This document shows, piece by piece, positions 41,325-49,840 of a stretch of 64,000 nucleotides of DNA. Position 1 is the stretch's first letter; each line of letters begins with the position of its first letter. Under the pieces are notes generated by a model, which saw only the letters and a list, made by a program, of their open reading frames with translations, did not search any database and was not told where the DNA came from. The stretch comes from Microgenomates group bacterium (GTDB lineage Bacteria; Patescibacteriota; Microgenomatia; UBA10105; UBA927). The translations under genes and the position numbers were made by a program. The stretch spans positions 639,041 through 703,040 of the forward strand of contig JBAQFJ010000001.1 in NCBI GenBank assembly GCA_049287205.1, in the 5' to 3' direction.

Positions 41325-42536
41325 TCAGGAATTATTTGCAATTGTTTCTTCAAGAAGTGTATGAAAATCAGCGAACTGTTTTTCCGCAGTAAATATACTT
41401 TTCACTGTTTTACTGCCTGCTTTAATAAATTTCTCGCGAAGTGTGGTATCGTTCATCAGCTTTTCAATACGCTGCGCTAAAATGCTCGCGTCATTGGGGC
41501 TGATCAGATATCCATTATAGGAATCACTGATAATCTCAGGGACTCCTCCGACTTTCGTGCCGATAACAGGAACACCGGAGCTCATTGCTTCAATAAACAC
41601 CTGTCCAAATGTTTCATTTTCTGAAGCTAACACAAATACTTCTGATTCTTTATATACCTTCGGCATCTCTTCGAGATGAAACGTTTTTACCACGGTTTGT
41701 TTTTCTACACCATGAAGTTTTATGTACCCCATAAGCATTTCCAGTGACTGTTCAAATTCATTTTTTAAACTATCAGGTGGCATTCCAACGGCGATAAGCA
41801 GCCTCCAGTTCGGATACCGGGCATATAATTTGGAAAATGCTTTAATTAAATTGATAATTCCTTTTTCGCGAAGAATATTGGTTGGCCCTGCAATAATGCG
41901 TGTTGCAGTTAAAATTATTTTAACATTTTCCGGCATTCCCAATTCTTTTTTCAATTCACCGTTTGTTGTGGACACGTCAGAAAATTCTTTTGTATTTACA
42001 CCTAAATAATGTGTAGACAATATATCAATATCTGTACCTTTTTGAAAACAATCGCCGGTTACACTTCTGCTTACACAACTAATTTTGCTCCACATCAATT
42101 GATTTACCAATTCTTTCTGCAAATCGGATACGGGAAATGAGTGTAATTGCAATACAAGCGGAGTCTGATATTGGGAAGCAATCATGTTTAAAAGCAAGCT
42201 ATAAATAGCGGGCGTACCAATCGGCAAGTTTTCAGCCACAATAATATCAATATTTTTTTCCTTAATAACCGTACCGACTAATGCGGCAAACACCCATGCG
42301 TTTTTTTTGATCTCTTTTTTATGACGTTCCGGCTGTCTTGGAACTGAAAAACTTTGTTCATGATATATAGTGACGTTTCCATGTAATTCCACACGCGTTT
42401 CTTTTGTTGTTGGAAGAATAACAAACACTCCACAATCAGCATGATCTTTATAAAATTCAATCAGATTTGAAATATAGCGTTCAACACCGCCAACACTTTC
42501 CTGAGGAGAATTAGGACTGATAAAAAGGATATTCAT
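41325..42536 (-). CDS. Glycosyltransferase family 4
   Basis: EAMSSGVPVIGTKVGGVPEII motif; GT-B fold. Confidence 0.85.
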   Translation of the reverse strand: MNILFISPNSPQESVGGVERYISNLIEFYKDHADCGVFVILPTTKETRVELHGNVTIYHEQSFSVPRQPERHKKEIKKNAWVFAALVGTVIKEKNIDIIVAENLPIGTPAIYSLLLNMIASQYQTPLVLQLHSFPVSDLQKELVNQLMWSKISCVSRSVTGDCFQKGTDIDILSTHYLGVNTKEFSDVSTTNGELKKELGMPENVKIILTATRIIAGPTNILREKGIINLIKAFSKLYARYPNWRLLIAVGMPPDSLKNEFEQSLEMLMGYIKLHGVEKQTVVKTFHLEEMPKVYKESEVFVLASENETFGQVFIEAMSSGVPVIGTKVGGVPEIISDSYNGYLISPNDASILAQRIEKLMNDTTLREKFIKAGSKTVKSIFTAEKQFADFHTLLEETIANNS

Positions 42537-42554
42537 ACAATTTAATTATATACT

Positions 42555-43760
42555 TCAGTCAACAAATGTTAATGCGACCCCTCGTTTGCCTGCTCTGCCG
42601 GTTCTTCCAATCCGATGAATGTAATCATCGTACGACTCGGGGGCATCGTAATTAATGACATGTGTGACCCCTTCAATATCAATACCGCGGGCTGCAACGT
42701 CCGTTGCAATCAGAATATTCCGCTGGTCATTTTTGAATTCTGACAGCGCGCGCTGTCTCTGTCCCTGTGATTTATTCCCATGAATGATTGCGGTTTTAAA
42801 TCCTCGTTCGATAAGCGCATGAGACAGTTTATCCATCCCCCACTTGGTTCGACCAAAAATAATCACTTTATCAAATCCCGGTTTAATCAAAAGATCATGC
42901 AGGACTTCAATTTTTACTTTTCCGCCTGTTCTCACAATATCCTGATCAATATTTTCCACATTGCTCTGTTGTTTCACTGAAACAGTCACAGGATTTGTGA
43001 CAAACTCTTTTAAAATCTCTTGTGTTCTTCCATCAACCGTTGCTGAAAAGAATAATGACTGTCTACTTTTAGGCAAAAAGGAAACGAGATACTGAATATC
43101 TTTAATAAATCCGATATCCACCATCCTGTCCACTTCATCTAAAATGACATTGCCGAACAAATTCAGATTAAGAATTCTTCTATCGACAAGATCTGTCAAT
43201 CTTCCGGGAGTTCCGATGACAAAATGAGGATTTCTATGGAGTGCATATGCTTGTCTTTGCATGTTTGCTCCACCGATAACTGCAGCAACTTCCAGCCCCG
43301 TACCACGCCCGAAAATATAAAATTCATCCCGTATTTGGCATGCAAGCTCACGTGTAGGAACCACAATCAACACGCGCTGATTGTGATCGAGCATACATTT
43401 GTTTATGAGAGAAATCAAAAATGCGGCGGTTTTTCCAGTACCAGTATTTGCGATGCCGATGACATCACGACCTGCCAAAATTTCAGGAATGGCTTTTTCC
43501 TGAATTGGTGTGGGAACGGTATATCCATGTTCCGCAATATTCCGTTTGATTTTTGCATCAATTGCATAATCAGTAAATGTTGCTGTTGAGACAATTTCGG
43601 GTTCAAGAGTACTATCGCTCGCCTTTTTGATAAAAAGGTTTGGATTGAGATATTTCACTCCACGCCGACCGCCTCCACCAGTGCCACCTTGGCGACTAAA
43701 TGGATTACGACCGTGAGAACCACGGCTATTTGATTGACGTTGTCTGTTAAACCCCTGCAT
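42555..43760 (-). CDS. DEAD-box ATP-dependent RNA helicase with an N-terminal Gly/Arg-rich extension
   Basis: Q-motif, ANTGTGKT, PTRELA, DEVD, SAT, HRIGRTGRAG. The N-terminal 35 aa are Gly/Arg-rich. Confidence 0.92.
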   Translation of the reverse strand: MQGFNRQRQSNSRGSHGRNPFSRQGGTGGGGRRGVKYLNPNLFIKKASDSTLEPEIVSTATFTDYAIDAKIKRNIAEHGYTVPTPIQEKAIPEILAGRDVIGIANTGTGKTAAFLISLINKCMLDHNQRVLIVVPTRELACQIRDEFYIFGRGTGLEVAAVIGGANMQRQAYALHRNPHFVIGTPGRLTDLVDRRILNLNLFGNVILDEVDRMVDIGFIKDIQYLVSFLPKSRQSLFFSATVDGRTQEILKEFVTNPVTVSVKQQSNVENIDQDIVRTGGKVKIEVLHDLLIKPGFDKVIIFGRTKWGMDKLSHALIERGFKTAIIHGNKSQGQRQRALSEFKNDQRNILIATDVAARGIDIEGVTHVINYDAPESYDDYIHRIGRTGRAGKRGVALTFVD

Positions 43761-43762
43761 AA

Positions 43763-44020
43763 TTATCTCCGTTCCTGTGGTTTTGCTTCTTTCACAACAA
43801 GTGCGCGATTCGCAAAAGATGATCCATCAAGCTTTGCCATTGCTTCAGCTGCAATTTTTTCGTTTTCCATTTCTACGAATGCGAACCCTTTCCCTAAATT
43901 GGTCATTCTGTCCACAATAATTTTTGCAGACACAACTGTACCAAATGTCGCGAAAAGTTCAGTCAACTGAGCTTCTGTCACTGAGTATTCTAAATTTCCG
44001 ATAAATAGTTTATTTGTCAT
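43763..44020 (-). CDS. RNA-binding protein with an RRM domain
   Basis: RNP2 LFIGNL and RNP1 KGFAFVEM. Confidence 0.9.
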   Translation of the reverse strand: MTNKLFIGNLEYSVTEAQLTELFATFGTVVSAKIIVDRMTNLGKGFAFVEMENEKIAAEAMAKLDGSSFANRALVVKEAKPQERR

Positions 44021-44320
44021 AGTAATTTCCTTTCCTCCGAATCACCTTTTTTGTTAAAAGATGATAGACGAATACCACTGCTTAAGAATGAAAAAAGAAA
44101 GAAAGTGGAAAAGAAGATACAAATTTGAAAAAGTGGGTATCTTTTTATCTCTGACTTAAAAACTTTATTATCAAGATATAAGCAGAAGTACTTGCGTACC
44201 ATCTGCGACTGACAAATATGAGTATACCATAGACAGCCGAAACACGCAAGCTATAGGATAATATGTGATCCTAACGGGCTATATTCATAACGCTTTCAAT
44301 TATTTTTCTGTTCATTCCCC

Positions 44321-44890
44321 CTATCTCTTGTTCTTCAGATAACGCAGTGCAAGAACCACCATAGAAAAATTAATCACCATTAGATATAACGGATAGGAAA
44401 ATTGCTGCAAAGCATACGTCTTCACCGCAAGCAGACTAAATAACGCAGCTGTCGTATCAAGCGCATAGAATGTCCATATTTCAGTTTCAGGATACTTGTA
44501 TGTTTTAACCAATGCGGGAACCATTCCCACAAAATCAGCAAGTATTGAAGCGTACAGTGCTAGAGACGGATTCTTAGTCGTTTGCCATAATACTATTCCG
44601 CCAAATGCAATGAAAAAACAGACTATATCCATTTTTGAAAAACCGCCCATTCCATGCTTGATGCTTAATACAAATATCACGATGGATTGTAACGTCGATA
44701 TGCCAGCAAGCCAAATAGCGACGGTGTCATGCTGTACAAACAATGAAAGTGTAGCAAGTGAAGTGATAAGTAATAAAACGAGACGGGTTGTTCTATGCGG
44801 CTTTGCCTCTCCTTTGAGTATCGCTTTCACGTATATCACGGGAGAAATAAGTGCAAGAATGCTACTTACAATGATAAATATTGTATTCAT
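44321..44890 (-). CDS. Hypothetical integral membrane protein with about six TM helices
   Basis: Hydrophobic 189-aa ORF. Confidence 0.45.
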   Translation of the reverse strand: MNTIFIIVSSILALISPVIYVKAILKGEAKPHRTTRLVLLLITSLATLSLFVQHDTVAIWLAGISTLQSIVIFVLSIKHGMGGFSKMDIVCFFIAFGGIVLWQTTKNPSLALYASILADFVGMVPALVKTYKYPETEIWTFYALDTTAALFSLLAVKTYALQQFSYPLYLMVINFSMVVLALRYLKNKR

Positions 44891-44897
44891 AAGTGAA

Positions 44898-45755
44898 CTA
44901 TCCGCTAATCAGAAGGAGCCCTGCAACGCTGATGACAGCACCAATGATCTTTTTTAACATATGATCATGCTCTTTCAAGATAAGAATGGAAAGAACGACG
45001 GTGATAATTGCTCCGAATGCATTAATCGAAAATAATTGAGAAGAATTTGGTGTCCGTTGTAGTGCTGCAAAAAATGTGACCGCGGACAGTCCATACAGCA
45101 AACAAAGAAACGCCATTTTATATAGAAAATTCTTCCGTACATAGGTCTTCAATAACACAAGTTTCTTCGGATACATGAGCGCAACCGCAAGACCAGGAAG
45201 TAAGAATCCAATGATCACGTATGAATAGGGATCAAAAAATTTCACCAAGAATCGGTCATTCGTGTTTGCCAGTCCAAAAAGAATGGCTGCAAGCAAGGCA
45301 AACACATCCCCGATATTAATTTTTTTATCAAACTTTTTCATGGAGATAATCACGATGCCTGTGATGATTAAAATTGCTCCGACCCACTGGATGGGTGTCA
45401 ACACTTCCCGAAACAAAAGAGATGCACCAAGTGCAGCAAACAACGTCTTACTGGAAAAGATCACGGTAAACCGTGATGCTTCCGTACTTTTGAGTGCCTT
45501 AAATATAAAAATGTTTGCAAGTGCATACAGAGCAGTCATTGCAAGAACACTCCATGATATGTTGGAAAAATCAGGAAGTGGGATACTCCCCTGCATGATG
45601 AGTACAAAAATAGCAGTCACAGCAGCAACACCAATTTGAAAGAATATCGAAAAAGATATTGATTCGCTCTTGTCATCCTTCAAGAGGAGCCTCTGTAAAA
45701 GCACAGAGACTGAATACAAAATAACGCTGATTCCGATCAACAATTGCCAAGACAT
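44898..45755 (-). CDS. EamA/DMT family transporter
   Basis: Ten TM segments with two EamA-like halves. Confidence 0.8.
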   Translation of the reverse strand: MSWQLLIGISVILYSVSVLLQRLLLKDDKSESISFSIFFQIGVAAVTAIFVLIMQGSIPLPDFSNISWSVLAMTALYALANIFIFKALKSTEASRFTVIFSSKTLFAALGASLLFREVLTPIQWVGAILIITGIVIISMKKFDKKINIGDVFALLAAILFGLANTNDRFLVKFFDPYSYVIIGFLLPGLAVALMYPKKLVLLKTYVRKNFLYKMAFLCLLYGLSAVTFFAALQRTPNSSQLFSINAFGAIITVVLSILILKEHDHMLKKIIGAVISVAGLLLISG

Positions 45756-45762
45756 ATAAAGA

Positions 45763-46170
45763 TTATAATACTTTATTAAACATTCCAGGCTGTTTAATTT
45801 TTTTATAGCCGTTAGTTAAATAAAATAATTCAGAAATATTATCATCTATTTTACCTTTTTGAACAAAAACTTCTTTAACTTCTAGCTTAATAAACTCTTT
45901 TTCTAAAAATTGAATCAATTGACTTCCAATTCTTTTTCTTCTTAATTGCTGCTGTACAAATAGCCCTTCAATTCTACTAATAATTCTTCTATCTAATGAT
46001 TCATAATACATTCCAACAATAACACCTATCACATCTCTATCATTGTTCAAACAACAAAATATTAAAGTATTGGCATCTCTTAATAGATGAAGGAAATTTT
46101 GATAAAAGTCATCGTCTACCAATTTTTTAAGGCTTGGTAAATCATTTTCTTCGAATTTTTTGATAAGCAT
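45763..46170 (-). CDS. GNAT family N-acetyltransferase
   Basis: Acetyl-CoA binding motif QLRRKRIGSQLI. Confidence 0.75.
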   Translation of the reverse strand: MLIKKFEENDLPSLKKLVDDDFYQNFLHLLRDANTLIFCCLNNDRDVIGVIVGMYYESLDRRIISRIEGLFVQQQLRRKRIGSQLIQFLEKEFIKLEVKEVFVQKGKIDDNISELFYLTNGYKKIKQPGMFNKVL

Positions 46171-46297
46171 AATTTTATAAAATCAGAAAATAAATAATTG
46201 TAGTAACTGAATATAATAAATTTTGCCCGTCCACTCCGATTTGAGGTCCAATCCGTGCTGAGTATATCACGCACAATCCATAGAACTAAAATGTGAG

Positions 46298-46322
46298 ATA
46301 ATATATATATATATATATATAT
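46298..46322. repeat. Dinucleotide simple sequence repeat (AT/TA) x11, directly abutting and including the adh start codon
   Basis: ataatatatatatatatatatatatg read directly. There is no SD between the repeat and the ATG. Confidence 0.9.
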
Positions 46323-47379
46323 GAAAACACAATCCTTTGCATCACCGTCTGCCGATAAACCGCTTATTCCCTACGAATTTGAACGGCGCGAACCAACACC
46401 CATCGACGTCGAACTTGAAGTACAATTTTGTGGCGTCTGCCACAGTGACATCCATACTGCTGAAGGAGATTGGGGCGAAGTACAATATCCTTGCGTTCCG
46501 GGACATGAAATTGTCGGTATCGTTACACGTGTTGGCACCGCCGTTACCAAATTTAAAAAGGGTGATCGTGTTGGTGTCGGATGCATGGTAAACAGCTGTG
46601 GAAAATGTGACGCCTGCAAACAGGGATTTGAAAACAGCTGTTTTAACGGGACAGTTTGGACATACAGCTCAAAAGATCCTATTGATGGCACAGACACCAA
46701 AGGTGGATATTCCACTATCATGGTTGCACCCGAACATTTCGTTTTGCCAATTCCGGAATCTCTTGATATGGCGCATGCCGCTCCACTCCTTTGTGCAGGA
46801 ATTACAACATACTCACCACTCAGACATTGGAATGTAAAAGCGGGTATGAAAGTTGGTATCATCGGTCTTGGTGGACTCGGACACATGGCGACAAAGTACG
46901 CGGTATCCATGGGCGCTGAAGTGTGGGTTGTCAGTTCATCTGCAAACAAAACGGAAACTGCAAAATCATATGGCGCCAAAGGGCTCATCGTTTCAACAAC
47001 AGAAAAAGAAATGACTAATGCTGCACATACGTTTGATTTTTTGCTTGATACCATCCCACATGCACATGATTTATCGCCATATCTTAAACTGCTCAACATA
47101 CACGGCACAATCTGTCTTGTCGGACCAATCGAACCGATGCCCGGATTTCATTCAGGAAATATCATAAGCGGCCAAAAATCCATCGCAGGCTCAGGAATCG
47201 GCGGCATCAAAGAAACAGCAGAAATGCTTGCCTACAGTGTAGAGCACAACATCATGCCCGAAATAGAAATTATCAATATTCAGGATATCAATAAAGCGTG
47301 GGATGCACTCAAACACAAACAAATGGCAAAACGTTACGTGATAGACATGAAGAAATCATTCCCTTCGACCACAAGTTAA
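46321..47379 (+). CDS. NADP-dependent Zn alcohol dehydrogenase (YahK/cinnamyl-ADH-like, MDR family)
   Basis: GVCHSDIH, structural zinc cysteines CGKCDACKQGFENSC, and a GLGGLGHMA Rossmann fold. Confidence 0.9.
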   Translation: MKTQSFASPSADKPLIPYEFERREPTPIDVELEVQFCGVCHSDIHTAEGDWGEVQYPCVPGHEIVGIVTRVGTAVTKFKKGDRVGVGCMVNSCGKCDACKQGFENSCFNGTVWTYSSKDPIDGTDTKGGYSTIMVAPEHFVLPIPESLDMAHAAPLLCAGITTYSPLRHWNVKAGMKVGIIGLGGLGHMATKYAVSMGAEVWVVSSSANKTETAKSYGAKGLIVSTTEKEMTNAAHTFDFLLDTIPHAHDLSPYLKLLNIHGTICLVGPIEPMPGFHSGNIISGQKSIAGSGIGGIKETAEMLAYSVEHNIMPEIEIINIQDINKAWDALKHKQMAKRYVIDMKKSFPSTTS

Positions 47380-47521
47380 ATAAGTGACGCAAAATATGCT
47401 GCGGGACTTGGATGATGTTCGCCCTTCGGGCTCCATGAATGATCCGCATATTATCAAAATCGTTGTTTTGATAATGGCTCCTCATTCCCGGACAGGGTTC
47501 GAATAAGTGCTCACAATATAC

Positions 47522-47550
47522 AAAAATCGCGACTCGACGTCGCGTTTTTG
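47522..47550. terminator. Bidirectional intrinsic terminator in the convergent intergenic region, serving adh on + and the tRNA-Gln/MutY-like unit on -
   Basis: AAAAA, hairpin CGCGAC-tcgac-GTCGCG, then TTTTT. Confidence 0.6.
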
Positions 47551-47556
47551 TATATG

Positions 47557-47627
47557 CTGGGAGACTTGGATTCGGACCAAGATAACCTCCTCCAGAGGGA
47601 GGTGTACTACCATTATACGATCTCCCA
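47557..47627 (-). tRNA. Candidate tRNA-Gln (anticodon CUG) with a non-canonical C55 in the T-loop
   Basis: Reverse strand reads acceptor TGGGAGA/TCTCCCA (U1-A72), U8, D-arm GTAT-AATGGTA-GTAC, anticodon arm CCTCC-CTCTGGA-GGAGG, variable TTAT, T-arm CTTGG-TCCGAAT-CCAAG, and discriminator G73. A terminator follows immediately. Confidence 0.6.
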
Positions 47628-47631
47628 AAGA

Positions 47632-48474
47632 TCACTCTGGTAAGCTGATTATACCAGTTTTACTGCGTACAATTAACCCATCTTTGCTCATACCCTTGAT
47701 TATCTGTTCTATAAATTCTTCGTCCTTGCCGAATTTTTTTACCATTTCACTCGTCAGATCTGCCTCTTTCCACTGTGTTTCATAGACTAAATCCAACAGT
47801 CTTCCCCTGAAATACCTGTTTGTTTCTTTAAACGGCTTTGATTTCTTTTTTACAATTCTTTTTCTATTTCGTTCCAAGGCAAGTGCTCCATAATCCATAA
47901 GCGCCTGATGCCATTCCCATGATTTTCCCTTTGGTACAAGTTGATCTGCAAATTTCTGAATAACTTTTTCCGTTTGAGGAATATCATCAAAGAAAAAATG
48001 AGTAATAATCTGACGGATGTTTGTATCCACCATCGCGATATCAATCTTAAAAGCGAACACCATAATTGCTCGAGCAGTATATGTCCCCAATCCAGGAAAC
48101 GCAGTTAATTGTTGTTCAGTGTTCGGAAATTTACCGTTATATTCCAAAACAACTTTTTTTGCGGTATTTTGCAGGTACAACGCCCTTCTGTTATATCCCA
48201 TTCCTTTCCACATGCGAAGTATTTCTCCTGTTGAGGCATGTGCTAGAGATTCGACTGTCGGAAATCTATTCGTAAACTCAATATATTTTGGCAACCCCCG
48301 TGATACTTGGGTTTGCTGCAGCATAATTTCCGAAACCAAAATCTTATATGGGTCATGCGTTTTTCTCCATGGAAGCTCTCTCCGATGATTTTTCCACCAC
48401 GTGAGTATTGTTGTCTGAAATTGCTTGATACGTGAAGGCTGCATCCGCATACAAACCGAAGTATACCAAAACAA
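47632..48474 (-). CDS. HhH-GPD base-excision DNA glycosylase (MutY/Nth superfamily) lacking the 4Fe-4S cysteine cluster
   Basis: LPWRKTHDPYKILVSEIMLQQTQV and an HhH-GPD core. No CX6CX2CX5C cluster at the C-terminus. Confidence 0.75.
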   Translation of the reverse strand: MFWYTSVCMRMQPSRIKQFQTTILTWWKNHRRELPWRKTHDPYKILVSEIMLQQTQVSRGLPKYIEFTNRFPTVESLAHASTGEILRMWKGMGYNRRALYLQNTAKKVVLEYNGKFPNTEQQLTAFPGLGTYTARAIMVFAFKIDIAMVDTNIRQIITHFFFDDIPQTEKVIQKFADQLVPKGKSWEWHQALMDYGALALERNRKRIVKKKSKPFKETNRYFRGRLLDLVYETQWKEADLTSEMVKKFGKDEEFIEQIIKGMSKDGLIVRSKTGIISLPE

Positions 48475-48487
48475 ACGAGACGATGAA

Positions 48488-48850
48488 TTAGAACGCAGGA
48501 GTTGCTGTTATTCTTGGCGTCGGTGCAACTGTAGATTTTACTGTCGGAACCACTGTTGTTTTTACTGTCGGTTTGATTGTTGCCGATAGTGTGCTTATTG
48601 TTGGAACAATGGTCGCGCTCGGTGTACCCATTTTTACTGTTGGCGTCGCCAAACGGATAATCGGCGTTGATGTAGCGATTGGCATTGGTGTTGGTGTAAC
48701 CATCGCTTTCTTCAAGGCGGCCGCTTCTTTTTTTGCTGCTTCTGTCTGAATGTTATCTACGACAAGTCCGACAACAGTCACCACAATGAGAATTCCAATC
48801 CCAATCACCATGATGAGTATTTGTGATATTCCTCGCTTAGCATGCTTCAT
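48488..48850 (-). CDS. Hypothetical membrane-anchored Pro/Thr-rich low-complexity protein
   Basis: N-terminal TM helix, then a PT-rich repetitive tail. Confidence 0.45.
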   Translation of the reverse strand: MKHAKRGISQILIMVIGIGILIVVTVVGLVVDNIQTEAAKKEAAALKKAMVTPTPMPIATSTPIIRLATPTVKMGTPSATIVPTISTLSATIKPTVKTTVVPTVKSTVAPTPRITATPAF

Positions 48851-48922
48851 AGATATATGTAGTATACCCTGTTTTTAACAAGGTGGGGAGTCTTTTCATG
48901 CAAAAGATGGTACAATACACGT

Positions 48923-49801
48923 ATGGAAGAAGCAAAAAAGAGGGTTGGAGTCGTCTGTATTGTAGGTCGTCCGAACGCGGGCAAATCAACCCTTCTTAAC
49001 ATGATCTTGAGACAAAAAGTCTCAATTACCTCACCAAAGCCGCAGACAACGCGGTTTCCTTTGCAGGCAGTCTATGAAGATCCAAGAGGACAAATCATTT
49101 TCGTCGACACACCGGGAATTTTCGGAAAAACACCGGATCGGCTTTCCAAACGCGTGAATTCAAAAGCGGAAGAAGCGCTTAATTCCAATGTGGATGTGGT
49201 CGTGTATCTGATTGATCATACCAGAGAACGGGACTTTGAAGAAAACAAAGCACTCGGTATTGTCAGAAAATCATCCGGCGCTAAAATTCTTGCCATTAAC
49301 AAAATTGACATCAAACATCCGACACACATCGTACAGTACAAATTTTTGGAAGACGAATTTGATGAAGTCGTGGAACTGTCGGCACTTGAAGGGAAAAATA
49401 TTCCGAATCTCCTTGATGCAATTTTTGAACACTTGCATGAAGGAGAAGATTTAGTTGACACAAAAACACTGACACAACCGGGACTTAATCTAGACAGCCG
49501 TATGTTTCTTTCGGAAATCATCCGCGAAAAAGCATATTTATTCCTCAGAAAAGAAGTACCGTATTCATTAACTGTTGCGATTGACGAAACTGTTGAACGA
49601 GATGACGGCACACTCTATATCAGAGCACGAATATTAACCAATCAGGACAGATATAAAGGAATGATTGTGGGTAAAGCAGGATATATGATCAAAGAAATAT
49701 CCATGGCATCCAGAAAAGAACTGGAAACCGCAACAAACAAAAAAGTGTTTCTCGAACTTACCGTTGAAGTCGATCCACACTGGGTAGACTACCTTGAATA
49801 A
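48923..49801 (+). CDS. era: GTPase Era
   Basis: G1 GRPNAGKST, DTPG, NKID, and a C-terminal KH domain. Confidence 0.93.
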   Translation: MEEAKKRVGVVCIVGRPNAGKSTLLNMILRQKVSITSPKPQTTRFPLQAVYEDPRGQIIFVDTPGIFGKTPDRLSKRVNSKAEEALNSNVDVVVYLIDHTRERDFEENKALGIVRKSSGAKILAINKIDIKHPTHIVQYKFLEDEFDEVVELSALEGKNIPNLLDAIFEHLHEGEDLVDTKTLTQPGLNLDSRMFLSEIIREKAYLFLRKEVPYSLTVAIDETVERDDGTLYIRARILTNQDRYKGMIVGKAGYMIKEISMASRKELETATNKKVFLELTVEVDPHWVDYLE

Positions 49802-49840
49802 TAAATACCAATAAGCCAATAAGTACCAATAAATACCAAT

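Noticed and set aside
44021-44320. CRISPR array or other repeat structure in the longest non-coding stretches (44021-44320, 47380-47631, 19307-19478)
   Set aside because: No direct repeats of 24 nt or longer were seen by eye. The regions are AT-rich leaders or terminator regions. No cas genes, transposases or integrases occur anywhere in the window.
46371-47108. 245-aa ORF on the - strand, antisense to the alcohol dehydrogenase gene
   Set aside because: A shadow ORF of a confidently identified MDR-family ADH, with no recognisable domain.
47480-47510. GGTTCGAAT T-loop-like motif on the + strand, a possible second tRNA
   Set aside because: The flanking sequence cannot form a T-stem or the other cloverleaf arms. 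Only the reverse-strand cloverleaf at 47557-47627 folds completely.
47309-47635. 108-aa ORF on the - strand spanning the adh 3' end and the intergenic region
   Set aside because: It overlaps the adh CDS, the terminator hairpin and the tRNA-Gln candidate. It has no SD and is Gly/Pro-rich. It is spurious.
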